From a virus (Duplodnaviria; Caudoviricetes), in IMG/VR virus record IMGVR_UViG_3300010346_002920, positions 3,886 to 67,885 of that record: DNA of 64,000 nucleotides; one strand, 5' to 3'. The notes below the pieces were generated by a model. The model made no database searches and was not told the DNA's origin. It was given only the letters and a program-made list of their open reading frames with translations. A program made the position numbers and the translations under genes. Below are positions 33,765 through 42,390 of this stretch, piece by piece; positions within the stretch are counted from its first letter, which is position 1, and each line of letters starts with the position of its first letter.

Positions 33765-35476
33765 TGATCTCCCTACGTCCATACCAGTCCGCCGCCGTTG
33801 AGGCGGTCTACCGCCACCTGCGGGATCACGACGACAACCCCGTCGTCGTGATCCCGACCGGCGCCGGGAAGACCCCTGTAATGGCCACCATCTGCGACGA
33901 TGCCGTCCGCAAGTGGGACGGCCGGGTGCTGGTGCTGGCCCACGTCAAGGAGCTCCTGGAGCAGACGGCCGGCACGCTGTCGGCCATGGCGCCGCAACTG
34001 GATGTCGGCATCTACTCGGCGGGCCTGCGGCGGCGGGACACCGAGCACCGGGTCATCGTCGCCGGCATCCAGTCGGTCTACAAGCGGGCCGGGGATCTCG
34101 ACGCCTTTCAACTGATTATGATCGACGAATCGCATCTGATCCCTCCGGATGGCGAGGGCATGTACCGCCAGTTCCTGGCCGACTCGAAGATCATCAACCC
34201 CCACGTCCGCGCCATCGGTTTGACGGCCACCCCATTCCGCATGTCCAGTGGGTCGATCTGCCGGCCCGACCACTTTCTCAATTCCATCTGTTACGAGGTG
34301 GGGGTCCGCGAGCTGATCCGGGACGGGTATCTCTGCCCGCTTCGCACCAAGGCGGCAATCGCCAGGGCGGACACCAGCAGCCTGCACGTGCGGGGCGGGG
34401 AATTCATCCCCAGCGAAACCGAGGACCTGATGGACCAGGAGGCCCTCGTCCGCGCCGCCTGTGCCGAACTGGTCCAGCAGACCCAGGACCGCCAGTCGGT
34501 TCTGATCTTCGCCGCGGGCATCCAGCACGGCCAGCACATCGTCGCCGCCCTCCAGCAGGACTACGGCATCGAGTGCGGCTTCGTCTGCGGGGACACCCCG
34601 TCAGCCGATCGCGACCGCGTGATCGCCCGCTTCCGGCGGCAGCCAGGCAAGGGCCTGTTCTCCGATAACCGGCCCCTCAAGTACCTCTGCAACGTCAACG
34701 TCCTGACGACCGGCTTTGATGCGCCCAACGTCGACTGCGTGGTGATGCTACGCCCGACCATGTCGCCGGGGCTCTACTACCAGATGGTGGGACGGGGTTT
34801 TCGGCTCTGCGAGGGCAAGGCCGACTGCCTGGTGCTGGACTTCGGCGGCAACGTGATGCGCCACGGGCCCGTCGACGACCTCCGCGTCACCGAGCCGGGC
34901 AAGGGCGACGGCGAGGCGCCGGCCAAGGAATGCCCGGACTGCCATGCCGTCATCCACGCCGCCTACGCCACCTGCCCCGAGTGCGGGCATATCTTCCCGC
35001 CCCCGGAGCGACAGCGGCACGATGCCGAGGCCTCCACGGAGGGGGTGCTCTCCGGCCAGGAGACCGTCACCGAGCACCAGGTTCTGGACGTGCGCTACGC
35101 CGTCCACATCAAACGCGACGCGCCGGAGGACGCCCCCAGGACGATGCGGGTGGAGTATCGCCTCGGGTGGAACAAGTACATCTCCGAGTGGGTCTGCTTC
35201 GAGCACACCGGTTACGCCCGGGCCAAGGCCGAACACTGGTGGCGGCAGCGGTCCAACGAGCCCGTCCCCTCGACAGCCGAGGAGGCGGTGGGCATCGGCC
35301 AGGCCGGGGGCATTGGCAAGGCGCTGGCAATCCAGGTCCGCCGGGCGGCCGGCGAACCCTACGCCCGGATCGTCGGCCACACGCTCGGCACAAAGCCCCC
35401 GGCGCTGGCCGCGGGCGATCTGGCAGGGCCCGAGCCGGAGTACGTGCCGGCGGACGATGACTCGATTCCTTTTTGA
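33764..35476 (+). CDS. SF2 DEAD/DEAH helicase (RadD/YejH-like) with zinc finger
   Basis: PTGAGKT, IDESH, TATP, TGFDAP, QMVGRGFR, CPDC...CPEC. Confidence 0.92.
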   Translation: MISLRPYQSAAVEAVYRHLRDHDDNPVVVIPTGAGKTPVMATICDDAVRKWDGRVLVLAHVKELLEQTAGTLSAMAPQLDVGIYSAGLRRRDTEHRVIVAGIQSVYKRAGDLDAFQLIMIDESHLIPPDGEGMYRQFLADSKIINPHVRAIGLTATPFRMSSGSICRPDHFLNSICYEVGVRELIRDGYLCPLRTKAAIARADTSSLHVRGGEFIPSETEDLMDQEALVRAACAELVQQTQDRQSVLIFAAGIQHGQHIVAALQQDYGIECGFVCGDTPSADRDRVIARFRRQPGKGLFSDNRPLKYLCNVNVLTTGFDAPNVDCVVMLRPTMSPGLYYQMVGRGFRLCEGKADCLVLDFGGNVMRHGPVDDLRVTEPGKGDGEAPAKECPDCHAVIHAAYATCPECGHIFPPPERQRHDAEASTEGVLSGQETVTEHQVLDVRYAVHIKRDAPEDAPRTMRVEYRLGWNKYISEWVCFEHTGYARAKAEHWWRQRSNEPVPSTAEEAVGIGQAGGIGKALAIQVRRAAGEPYARIVGHTLGTKPPALAAGDLAGPEPEYVPADDDSIPF

Positions 35477-35488
35477 TCGGGAGATGAA

Positions 35489-35740
35489 ATGTCCATCAAC
35501 GTGACAGAGATTGATCGGCGACTCGCCCGTCAGGTGCGTCAACTCCTTCTGGCCGTGCTGGCGGTCCCCGTAGGGCCGCTGGAGCACGCGGTACAACTGG
35601 CGCACGAGACCGACGACGATCCGTACGAGGCTCCCCCGGAGACCTTCTCGAACGAAGGCCTGACGCGACAGGCTCTGCGGATGTTCTGGCACTTCCGCTG
35701 CAATCTCGAGGCGGTCATGCCGCCGGAGGGCCACGGATGA
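35489..35740 (+). CDS. hypothetical protein
   Basis: ORF coupled between the helicase and primase genes. Confidence 0.6.
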   Translation: MSINVTEIDRRLARQVRQLLLAVLAVPVGPLEHAVQLAHETDDDPYEAPPETFSNEGLTRQALRMFWHFRCNLEAVMPPEGHG

Positions 35741-37938
35741 TGCTGGGAACGGCGACATCTTACCTCCGCGCCGGCCTGTGCGTCCTGCCGGCCATCCTGG
35801 CCGAGAAGCGCCCCTCCGTCGGGAGTTGGAAGGCCTACCAGCAGTGCCTGCCTTCGGAGGCCCAGCTTGCGCAGTGGTTCTCGTCGGCGACCGCCTGCTG
35901 TCTGCTGACGGGCGGCGCGTCGGGCAACCTGGAGATGATCGACTTCGACGCCGGGGGCGCCTTGTACGAACGATGGGCCCGGCTGGTTGAGGAGCAGGCC
36001 CCCGGGCTCTTGGCCCGCCTGGTCGTCGAACGCAGCCAGCGGGGCGGGCTCCACGTCGTCTACCGCTGCCGGGTGGTCATCTGCGGCAACCTCAAACTCG
36101 CCCAGCGGGCAGTGCCCGGCGGCCGACCGGAAACCCTCATCGAGACCCGGGGCGAGGGCGGGCTCTTCCTGTGCGCCCCCTCGCCCGGGTACGAAGTCCT
36201 CCAGGGCGATCTGGCCGCGCCCCCGGTGATCGAGGATGCGGAGCGCGACGTGCTGCTGTCCTGTGCATGGTCACTGAACGAGTGTTGGGCCAGGCAGGAC
36301 GCCTCGCCCGTGGTCGCCGCCGTGGCAGGCCGCCCGGGTGATGAGTTCAACGAACGGGGTGACGTCCGGGACGTCCTGCTCCGGCATGGCTGGACGTTGG
36401 CCCGACCCGGGGAGAACGAATACTGGCGCCGCCCGGGCAAGTCGACCGGCTCCAGCGCGACCCTCAAGGACCGCGTCTTCTACGTCTTCTCCTCCAATGC
36501 CGCCCCGTTTGAGCCCCAGCAGGCGTACGCACCCTTCGGCGTCTATGCCCTGCTCGAGCATGGCGGCGATTATGCGGCTGCCGCGACGGCCCTGCGCGTC
36601 CAGGGATACGGGCAGGCGCCCGACGCGTCGGGCGTCGATCTGTCTGCGTTCACGTCGTCGCCCGTGGAGCCTACCCGGGCGTCCGATGCTCCTGAGGATC
36701 CTGGCCCCGTGCCGGAGGAACTGCTGCACGTGCCCGGCTTCGTCGAACAGGTGATGGACTACACCCTGGCGACCGCCCCGTACCCCGACACCGTCCTGGC
36801 CTTCTGCGGGGCGGTCAGTCTCCAGGGGCTCCTGGCCGGGCGCAAAGTCCGAGACGAGGCCGACAACCGCAGCAGCCTCTACCTGCTGGGCCTGGCCAAC
36901 TCGGGCGTCGGCAAGGACCACCCCCGCAAGGTTAACCAGCGCATCCTGCTTCAAGCCGGGTTGCACGAGAACTTCGCCGAAACCTTCGCCTCTGGCGAGG
37001 GTATCGAGGACCGCATGTTGGTCCAGCCCGCCATGCTCTTCCAAACCGACGAGATGGACGGGCTGATCTCGGCCATCGCTCGCGGCAAGGAGATCCGCTT
37101 CGAGGGGATCATGAACGTCCTGCTGAAGATGTACACCTCCGCCAACGGCATCTATGCCATGCGGGTCAAGGCGGGCAAGAACGCATCCCGGGGCGTCATC
37201 GACCAGCCGTGCCTGTGCCTCTTCGGCACCGCCATCCCCAAGAATTTCTACGAGTCGCTGTCGGGCAAGATGCTTACCAACGGATTCTTCGCCAGGATGC
37301 TGATCTTGGAGACCGGCAAGCGCAGCGTCGGCCAGGACCCCGCCGGCGACGATCTACCCGAATCCATCATCGCCATCGCCCGCTACTGGGCCGAACTTCG
37401 CCTGGGTAAGGGCAACCTGGAGAACTGGCACCCGACGCCCACTGTGGTGCCGTACACCGCCGGGGCGAAGGCCACCCTGGCCGAACTGCGGACGCACGCC
37501 GACGCACAATACTCCAAGGCCGAGTCCGCCAACGACACCATGGGCATGGCCATCTGGGCGCGGGCCAACGAGAAGGCACGGCGGCTGGCCTTGGTCCACG
37601 CCTGCAGCGCCAACCATGCCGGGCCCGTCGTGGATGAATCTGCCGCCCGTTGGGCAGGCCAACTCGTCAGCCACCAGACCCGACGCATGCTGCACATGGC
37701 CTTCGAGCACGCCAGCGAGAATGAGTTCGACGCCAAGCGCAAACGCGTCCTGCGTGAGATCCGCAATGCCCCGAGCGGGCGCATCACCAGAACGGCCCTC
37801 TGCCGTCGTCTGCGGGCGATCCCCTCGCGCGAGCGCGACGAGATCATCCTGGCCCTGATGGAGGCCGGGGACGTCCGCCTGGCAACCAGAACCCAGGACG
37901 GGCCCGGAGCGCCCGGGCAGGAGTACGTGGCATGCTGA
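35737..37938 (+). CDS. bifunctional primase-polymerase fused to a DUF3987-like helicase domain
   Basis: LLTGGASGNLEMIDFD, RGGLHVVYR, ETRGEGG; LANSGVGKD, QTDEMD. Confidence 0.85.
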   Translation: MMLGTATSYLRAGLCVLPAILAEKRPSVGSWKAYQQCLPSEAQLAQWFSSATACCLLTGGASGNLEMIDFDAGGALYERWARLVEEQAPGLLARLVVERSQRGGLHVVYRCRVVICGNLKLAQRAVPGGRPETLIETRGEGGLFLCAPSPGYEVLQGDLAAPPVIEDAERDVLLSCAWSLNECWARQDASPVVAAVAGRPGDEFNERGDVRDVLLRHGWTLARPGENEYWRRPGKSTGSSATLKDRVFYVFSSNAAPFEPQQAYAPFGVYALLEHGGDYAAAATALRVQGYGQAPDASGVDLSAFTSSPVEPTRASDAPEDPGPVPEELLHVPGFVEQVMDYTLATAPYPDTVLAFCGAVSLQGLLAGRKVRDEADNRSSLYLLGLANSGVGKDHPRKVNQRILLQAGLHENFAETFASGEGIEDRMLVQPAMLFQTDEMDGLISAIARGKEIRFEGIMNVLLKMYTSANGIYAMRVKAGKNASRGVIDQPCLCLFGTAIPKNFYESLSGKMLTNGFFARMLILETGKRSVGQDPAGDDLPESIIAIARYWAELRLGKGNLENWHPTPTVVPYTAGAKATLAELRTHADAQYSKAESANDTMGMAIWARANEKARRLALVHACSANHAGPVVDESAARWAGQLVSHQTRRMLHMAFEHASENEFDAKRKRVLREIRNAPSGRITRTALCRRLRAIPSRERDEIILALMEAGDVRLATRTQDGPGAPGQEYVAC

Positions 37939-37949
37939 GCGTCCACGCA

Positions 37950-38180
37950 TCTATTGGAATTAATTGTTTCCTTCCCGACCCCCGCGCACGCCTAGAGGCT
38001 AAAAGTAGCGCGCGTGCAGGGAAGGAAGGAATTAATAGGAAGGAAATTAATACATATATATTATGTGTTTACATCTTTCCGAAGATGAATTCATTCCCGC
38101 GCCATCTTCGAAAAGATGCATCTTTAACCAAGATACGCGGGAATGAATTCCCTCTTGCGGGCATCTTTTTGAAGATGCAC
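37950..38180. repeat. AT-rich palindrome cluster (candidate replication origin)
   Basis: CATCTT-N4-AAGATG at 38072, 38103 and 38162; 15-bp inverted repeat at 38087-38101/38136-38150; GGAAGGAA(A)TTAATA direct repeats. Confidence 0.65.
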
Positions 38181-38459
38181 CCGGCCCAACGGGGGGCACG
38201 TCGGGGATCTCTTGCCGCTCCTTGGGCGCCCCCTTCGCGCCACGTTGGCGCAGGTTCGACGATCGCGCCCAAGGCCGCACAACCCTACGACCACCCACGG
38301 GCGCGACATCACGTCGCGGAATGTCAAACCAGGCAAGATGGGCAAGATCGCATAGGTACTCCGCCGCCTTCGGTCGCTTCTGTCCGCGGCGGGAACGGAA
38401 CGGAAGAATCTTTTTGTTTGTTGCGATAGCGAACGACCCCCTTTGAAGGAGAAACGCAC

Positions 38460-38987
38460 ATGGAAGTGAAGCTCGTGAGCATCGACCAGGTGAAGCCCTA
38501 CGAGGCCAACCCCCGCGTCAACGACGCGGCTGTGGACGCGGTGGCCGCGTCCCTGCGGGAGTTCGGGTTCCGCCAGCCCATCGTGGTGGACAAGGACATG
38601 GTCATCATCTGCGGCCACACCCGCTGGAAGGCGGCGCGGAAGCTGGGGCTGGCCAAGGTGCCCGTCCACGTCGCCAAGGACCTCTCCCCCGAGCAGGCCA
38701 AGGCCTACAGGCTGGCCGACAACAAGACGAACGAGTTGGCCGAGTGGAACATGGACCTGCTGCCCATCGAACTCAAGGACCTCCAGGCGGCCGACTTCGA
38801 CCTGTCGTTGCTGGGGTTTGGCGAGGATGAACTGGCGAAGTTGCTTGCTCCCCCGGGCACCGAGGGTCTGACCGATCCCGACGAGGTGCCCGAGGCGCCC
38901 GAGGAACCGGTCACCAAGCCCGGGGACCTGTGGCTGCTGGGGGCGTATACCACCTGCCCGCACTGCAACGAGGTGAACGAGCTATGA
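38460..38987 (+). CDS. ParB N-terminal domain protein (N-half of the usual ParB-MTase fusion)
   Basis: KPYEANPRVND...FGFRQPIVVD...GHTRWKAA; ends GDLWLLGAYTTCPHC. Confidence 0.88.
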   Translation: MEVKLVSIDQVKPYEANPRVNDAAVDAVAASLREFGFRQPIVVDKDMVIICGHTRWKAARKLGLAKVPVHVAKDLSPEQAKAYRLADNKTNELAEWNMDLLPIELKDLQAADFDLSLLGFGEDELAKLLAPPGTEGLTDPDEVPEAPEEPVTKPGDLWLLGAYTTCPHCNEVNEL

Positions 38988-39823
38988 ACCGCCAATGCAC
39001 ATGCTCCAGGTGCGGCAAGGGCTACTCGGCGGTCGTGCAATCGCGCCACCGGCTCCTGTGCGGTGACGCGAGCGACGCCGGGGGTGTCGCGCTGCTCATG
39101 GACGGCCAGAAAGCCCACCTGTGCTTCACGTCGCCGCCTTACAACGCCGGCGACAACTCCCTGGGCGGCAACAAGAACCGCGTGGACTGCAAGTACGTGG
39201 GCGTCAGCGATGACCGACCCGCGGGCGAGTACTTGCGGCTCCTGGTGGACTTCACGACCATCGCCCTGTCGCATTGCCAGACGGTGGCGGTCAACCTCCA
39301 GTCGCTGGCGGGCAACAAGATCACGGTGCTGGACTGGATTCACCACTTCCGTAACCACTTCGTCGACAGGATGGTGTGGTTCAAGGGCCAGGGCCAGCCG
39401 GCGATGGCCGCCAATGTCATGAACTCCCGGTTCGAGGACATCTGGGTCCTCTCGCCCGAGGAGAACCCCTCCCGGGCCATCCCCACCGGGAGGTTCCATT
39501 CCACGGTGTCCAACGTCTACGAGGGGCGGGGCGCCAGCGGGGAGAACGTCGCCCCCGACATCCACGCCGCCTCGATGCCGGTCCACCTGGCGCTGCACGT
39601 CCTGGAATCCTTCGACGGCGCCGGCGGGATCATCTACGAGCCGTTCTGCGGGACCGGCACGACGATCATCGCCGCCGAGCGGCTGGGGCGACGGTGCTTC
39701 GCCGTGGAACTGGTGCCGCGGTACGTCGACGTGGCGGTCAAGCGATGGCAGGAATTCACGGGCAAGGCCGCCGTCCTGGAACGGGCTGGCGACTCGCCCA
39801 TACCGGTTGGAGGCAACACATGA
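38984..39823 (+). CDS. amino DNA methyltransferase
   Basis: HRLLCGD, TSPPY, YEPFCGTGTT. Confidence 0.9.
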   Translation: MNRQCTCSRCGKGYSAVVQSRHRLLCGDASDAGGVALLMDGQKAHLCFTSPPYNAGDNSLGGNKNRVDCKYVGVSDDRPAGEYLRLLVDFTTIALSHCQTVAVNLQSLAGNKITVLDWIHHFRNHFVDRMVWFKGQGQPAMAANVMNSRFEDIWVLSPEENPSRAIPTGRFHSTVSNVYEGRGASGENVAPDIHAASMPVHLALHVLESFDGAGGIIYEPFCGTGTTIIAAERLGRRCFAVELVPRYVDVAVKRWQEFTGKAAVLERAGDSPIPVGGNT

Positions 39824-40692
39824 CTCTGGAACGACAGTGCACGTGCCGCAGGTGCGGCAAAGAATACATGGCGCCCCTTGAATCCCGGCACCGGCTGCTG
39901 TGCGGCGATTCCAGGAACCCCCAGGACATGGCCCGGCTCATGGACGGCCGTCTGGCCGACATGGTCTGGACGGACCCGCCGTATGGGGTGGGCATCGCCA
40001 GCCGGGTGGGGACGGATCGCGGCATGTCCTCGTCGCAGGCCCGGGCCGAAGGACATCCCGGCATCGCCAACGACGACCTGGATGTACCTGGGCTGGTGGC
40101 GTTCCTCCGGGGCGCGTTCGACCTAGGTCTGGAATCGTGCAAGCCGGGGGCGGTCTGGTATGTCGCGGCACCCCACGGCCCGATCGGCGTGGCCTTCAGC
40201 ATGGTGTTGTACGACCTGGGAATCTGGCACAGCAGCCTCGTGTGGGTAAAAGACGCCCTGGTGATTTCTAGGCTGGACTACCATTACCGACATGAGGTGG
40301 TCTACTTTTGTTGGAAGCCCGGCGCGGCCCACCATCCCGTACCGGACAGATGCCAGACATCCGTCTTCGAGATCCCCCGCCCCAAGCGGTCGGAGCAGCA
40401 CCCGACGATGAAGCCGGTGGAGCTGATCCGCCGGCACATCGAGAACTCTAGCGACCCCGGCCAGAGCGTCCTAGACCAGTTCGGCGGCAGCGGTTCCACG
40501 CTGATCGCCGCCGAGCAGACGGGGCGCAACGCCTTCCTCATGGAACTGGAACCCCGGTTCTGCGATGTCGTCGTGCGGAGATGGGAGGACTTCACCGGCA
40601 AGAAGGCCGCGCGGATCGTGGCGGCAGATCGCGCGGACATGACTGAGAGCGCCCCGGCCGAGTTGGCCGGGGCGCAGGAGGTGTCGGGATGA
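39820..40692 (+). CDS. amino DNA methyltransferase
   Basis: HRLLCGD, TDPPY, HPTMKPVEL, DQFGGSGST. Confidence 0.9.
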   Translation: MTLERQCTCRRCGKEYMAPLESRHRLLCGDSRNPQDMARLMDGRLADMVWTDPPYGVGIASRVGTDRGMSSSQARAEGHPGIANDDLDVPGLVAFLRGAFDLGLESCKPGAVWYVAAPHGPIGVAFSMVLYDLGIWHSSLVWVKDALVISRLDYHYRHEVVYFCWKPGAAHHPVPDRCQTSVFEIPRPKRSEQHPTMKPVELIRRHIENSSDPGQSVLDQFGGSGSTLIAAEQTGRNAFLMELEPRFCDVVVRRWEDFTGKKAARIVAADRADMTESAPAELAGAQEVSG

Positions 40693-40700
40693 TGCGGTCG

Positions 40701-41276
40701 CTACTTGCCCAGCTCGAAGTGCCCGCGGGCGGTCTTGCGGAAGCGGCTCTTGTCGCCCTTGACCGCGATTTCACGGATGATGGCGGCGTAGATGGTCGCC
40801 GCCGGCGTCTTGCCGCCGGTCTTCCAGAGACCCTTCTCCAGCATCCGCTTGACCATCTCGGTGGTGTTCAAGGGCTCGCCGGCCTCGGCCAGGACCTGGA
40901 CGGCGGCGTCCAGGCCGCTGGGGCGCCGCGGGGTGGCGCTACGTTCGCCCGTGGGGCGTTTCTTGGCGGGGGTCGCGTCCTTGGCCGGCTCAACGCCGCT
41001 CTTCGCACCCGCGCCGCGGGGTGCGGCCTTCTTCTTGCCGCCCGTCGGAGCGGTGATGCCGTCGGCCAGGTTCCCATTCTTGATCGCCTCGACGGTCGCG
41101 GCGATCTCGGCCGCCGTGGCGATGGGCGTATCCAGGTCCGCCTTGCCGTGCTTCTTCGCCTCGGCCTTGGCCTCGGCTTCGTACTGCGCCAGGGAGACGA
41201 TCACCTTCCGCTTGGCCGGCCGCTTCTCGGTGGTGCTGGCGCTGCTCCGCTTCTTGCTGTTCTTCTTCGTGGTCAT
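40701..41276 (-). CDS. HARE-type winged-HTH protein with basic low-complexity N-terminus
   Basis: DAAVQVLAEAGEPLNTTEMV...TGGKTPAATIYAAIIREI...RFRKTARGHF. Confidence 0.8.
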   Translation of the reverse strand: MTTKKNSKKRSSASTTEKRPAKRKVIVSLAQYEAEAKAEAKKHGKADLDTPIATAAEIAATVEAIKNGNLADGITAPTGGKKKAAPRGAGAKSGVEPAKDATPAKKRPTGERSATPRRPSGLDAAVQVLAEAGEPLNTTEMVKRMLEKGLWKTGGKTPAATIYAAIIREIAVKGDKSRFRKTARGHFELGK

Positions 41277-41321
41277 GGTTCTGCCCTTTCTGTTGGGCCC
41301 GGCGTTATGCCGGGCAGGTTG

Positions 41322-41597
41322 CTAAAGCCCCAGCTCTTCCGCGAGCCGGGATTGCTGTTCGTACCCGCCGACGAGCTTGGTCAGCTCCTCGGCAAACCAG
41401 TGGACCTGGCGGTCCACGTCGCTGTTGTTCGTGCGGACGGGCTGGAGGAAGGAGACGATGGCCGCCACCGCGTGGGGGCTCATCTGCTCGCGGACGGCGG
41501 CGAAGAGGTCGCTCTCGTCGTTCTCCGGCACGGTCACGCGGACCTTCTTGCCGTTCACTTCCGCTTCGTACGTCTCGGGTCGGTTGCGTCGCTTCAT
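41322..41597 (-). CDS. hypothetical protein
   Basis: AGGAGA RBS; part of a reverse-strand cluster. Confidence 0.6.
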   Translation of the reverse strand: MKRRNRPETYEAEVNGKKVRVTVPENDESDLFAAVREQMSPHAVAAIVSFLQPVRTNNSDVDRQVHWFAEELTKLVGGYEQQSRLAEELGL

Positions 41598-41609
41598 GGT
41601 CGTTCTCCT

Positions 41610-41789
41610 CTAGCGGCTCTGCACAACATTGATCTGGAACTCATGTCCGTCCCGGGTGCGGACCACGAGCCCGCGGTTGTTGGTCAGCAGCCCGGCCTCC
41701 TCGAACGTCTGGACCCGGCTGACTTCCGGGGCGGCGTCCTCGTCCTGGAGCATCTCGTACAGCATGGTTTCGATGTCGATCTCGTTCAT
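41610..41789 (-). CDS. small acidic hypothetical protein (59 aa, below the ORF-track cutoff)
   Basis: MNEIDIETMLYEMLQDEDAAPEVSRVQTFEEAGLLTNNRGLVVRTRDGHEFQINVVQSR; AGGAGA RBS. Confidence 0.65.
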   Translation of the reverse strand: MNEIDIETMLYEMLQDEDAAPEVSRVQTFEEAGLLTNNRGLVVRTRDGHEFQINVVQSR

Positions 41790-41810
41790 GGGGTTCTCCT
41801 TGTGTCTGGG

Positions 41811-42011
41811 TTACTCGTTGTTGGTCAGGACGATGAACTCGCTGAGGCTCCAGCCCTCCACCCCGTCGGCGGTATGAACGTCGTAGCCGCGAATGCGGCC
41901 GTTGCGTCCCATTCGCGGGGCCAGGATTGTTCCGGCCTCGCCGTCGTTGATGTTGAGGACCCGCGTTCCTCGCGGCAGGTTCGTCGTCTGGTTTTCGTTC
42001 TTCGCGTCCAT
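41811..42011 (-). CDS. small hypothetical protein
   Basis: AAGGAGA RBS before ATG 42011. Confidence 0.55.
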   Translation of the reverse strand: MDAKNENQTTNLPRGTRVLNINDGEAGTILAPRMGRNGRIRGYDVHTADGVEGWSLSEFIVLTNNE

Positions 42012-42129
42012 CGTGTTCTCCTTCATGTTCATGACCACATGGGGCCGAGATTTCGCCGAAATGCCAAGGAAATCCCCGTAAATCCACCTAGATTCTCGCA
42101 TGCCACATATGTCGAGGGGGTGCGGACTT

Positions 42130-42390
42130 ATGACCAGTAGCGATGATTCCGTGAAGATTGTTCCACCGGTAGACCTCGCCCCCGCCGCCCAGGGCGCCCG
42201 GGCGATCGCCAACCCCGCCGCCCTGACGGTCGAGCAGTTGGCCCGGGCCATGGGTATGCCGGTGGAGGCCGTCCGCCGGCACGTGGAGGACGGCGCGCCG
42301 ACGGGCGCCGACGGCCGCGTCAACCTGATCCACTACGCCGCATGGCTGAACAAGCGGCTGGGGGAATTGGCGAAAAACGATGGCGATTGA
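42130..42390 (+). CDS. HTH protein, possible terminase small subunit
   Basis: LTVEQLARAMG...GRVNLIHYAAWL; overlaps the terminase start. Confidence 0.6.
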   Translation: MTSSDDSVKIVPPVDLAPAAQGARAIANPAALTVEQLARAMGMPVEAVRRHVEDGAPTGADGRVNLIHYAAWLNKRLGELAKNDGD

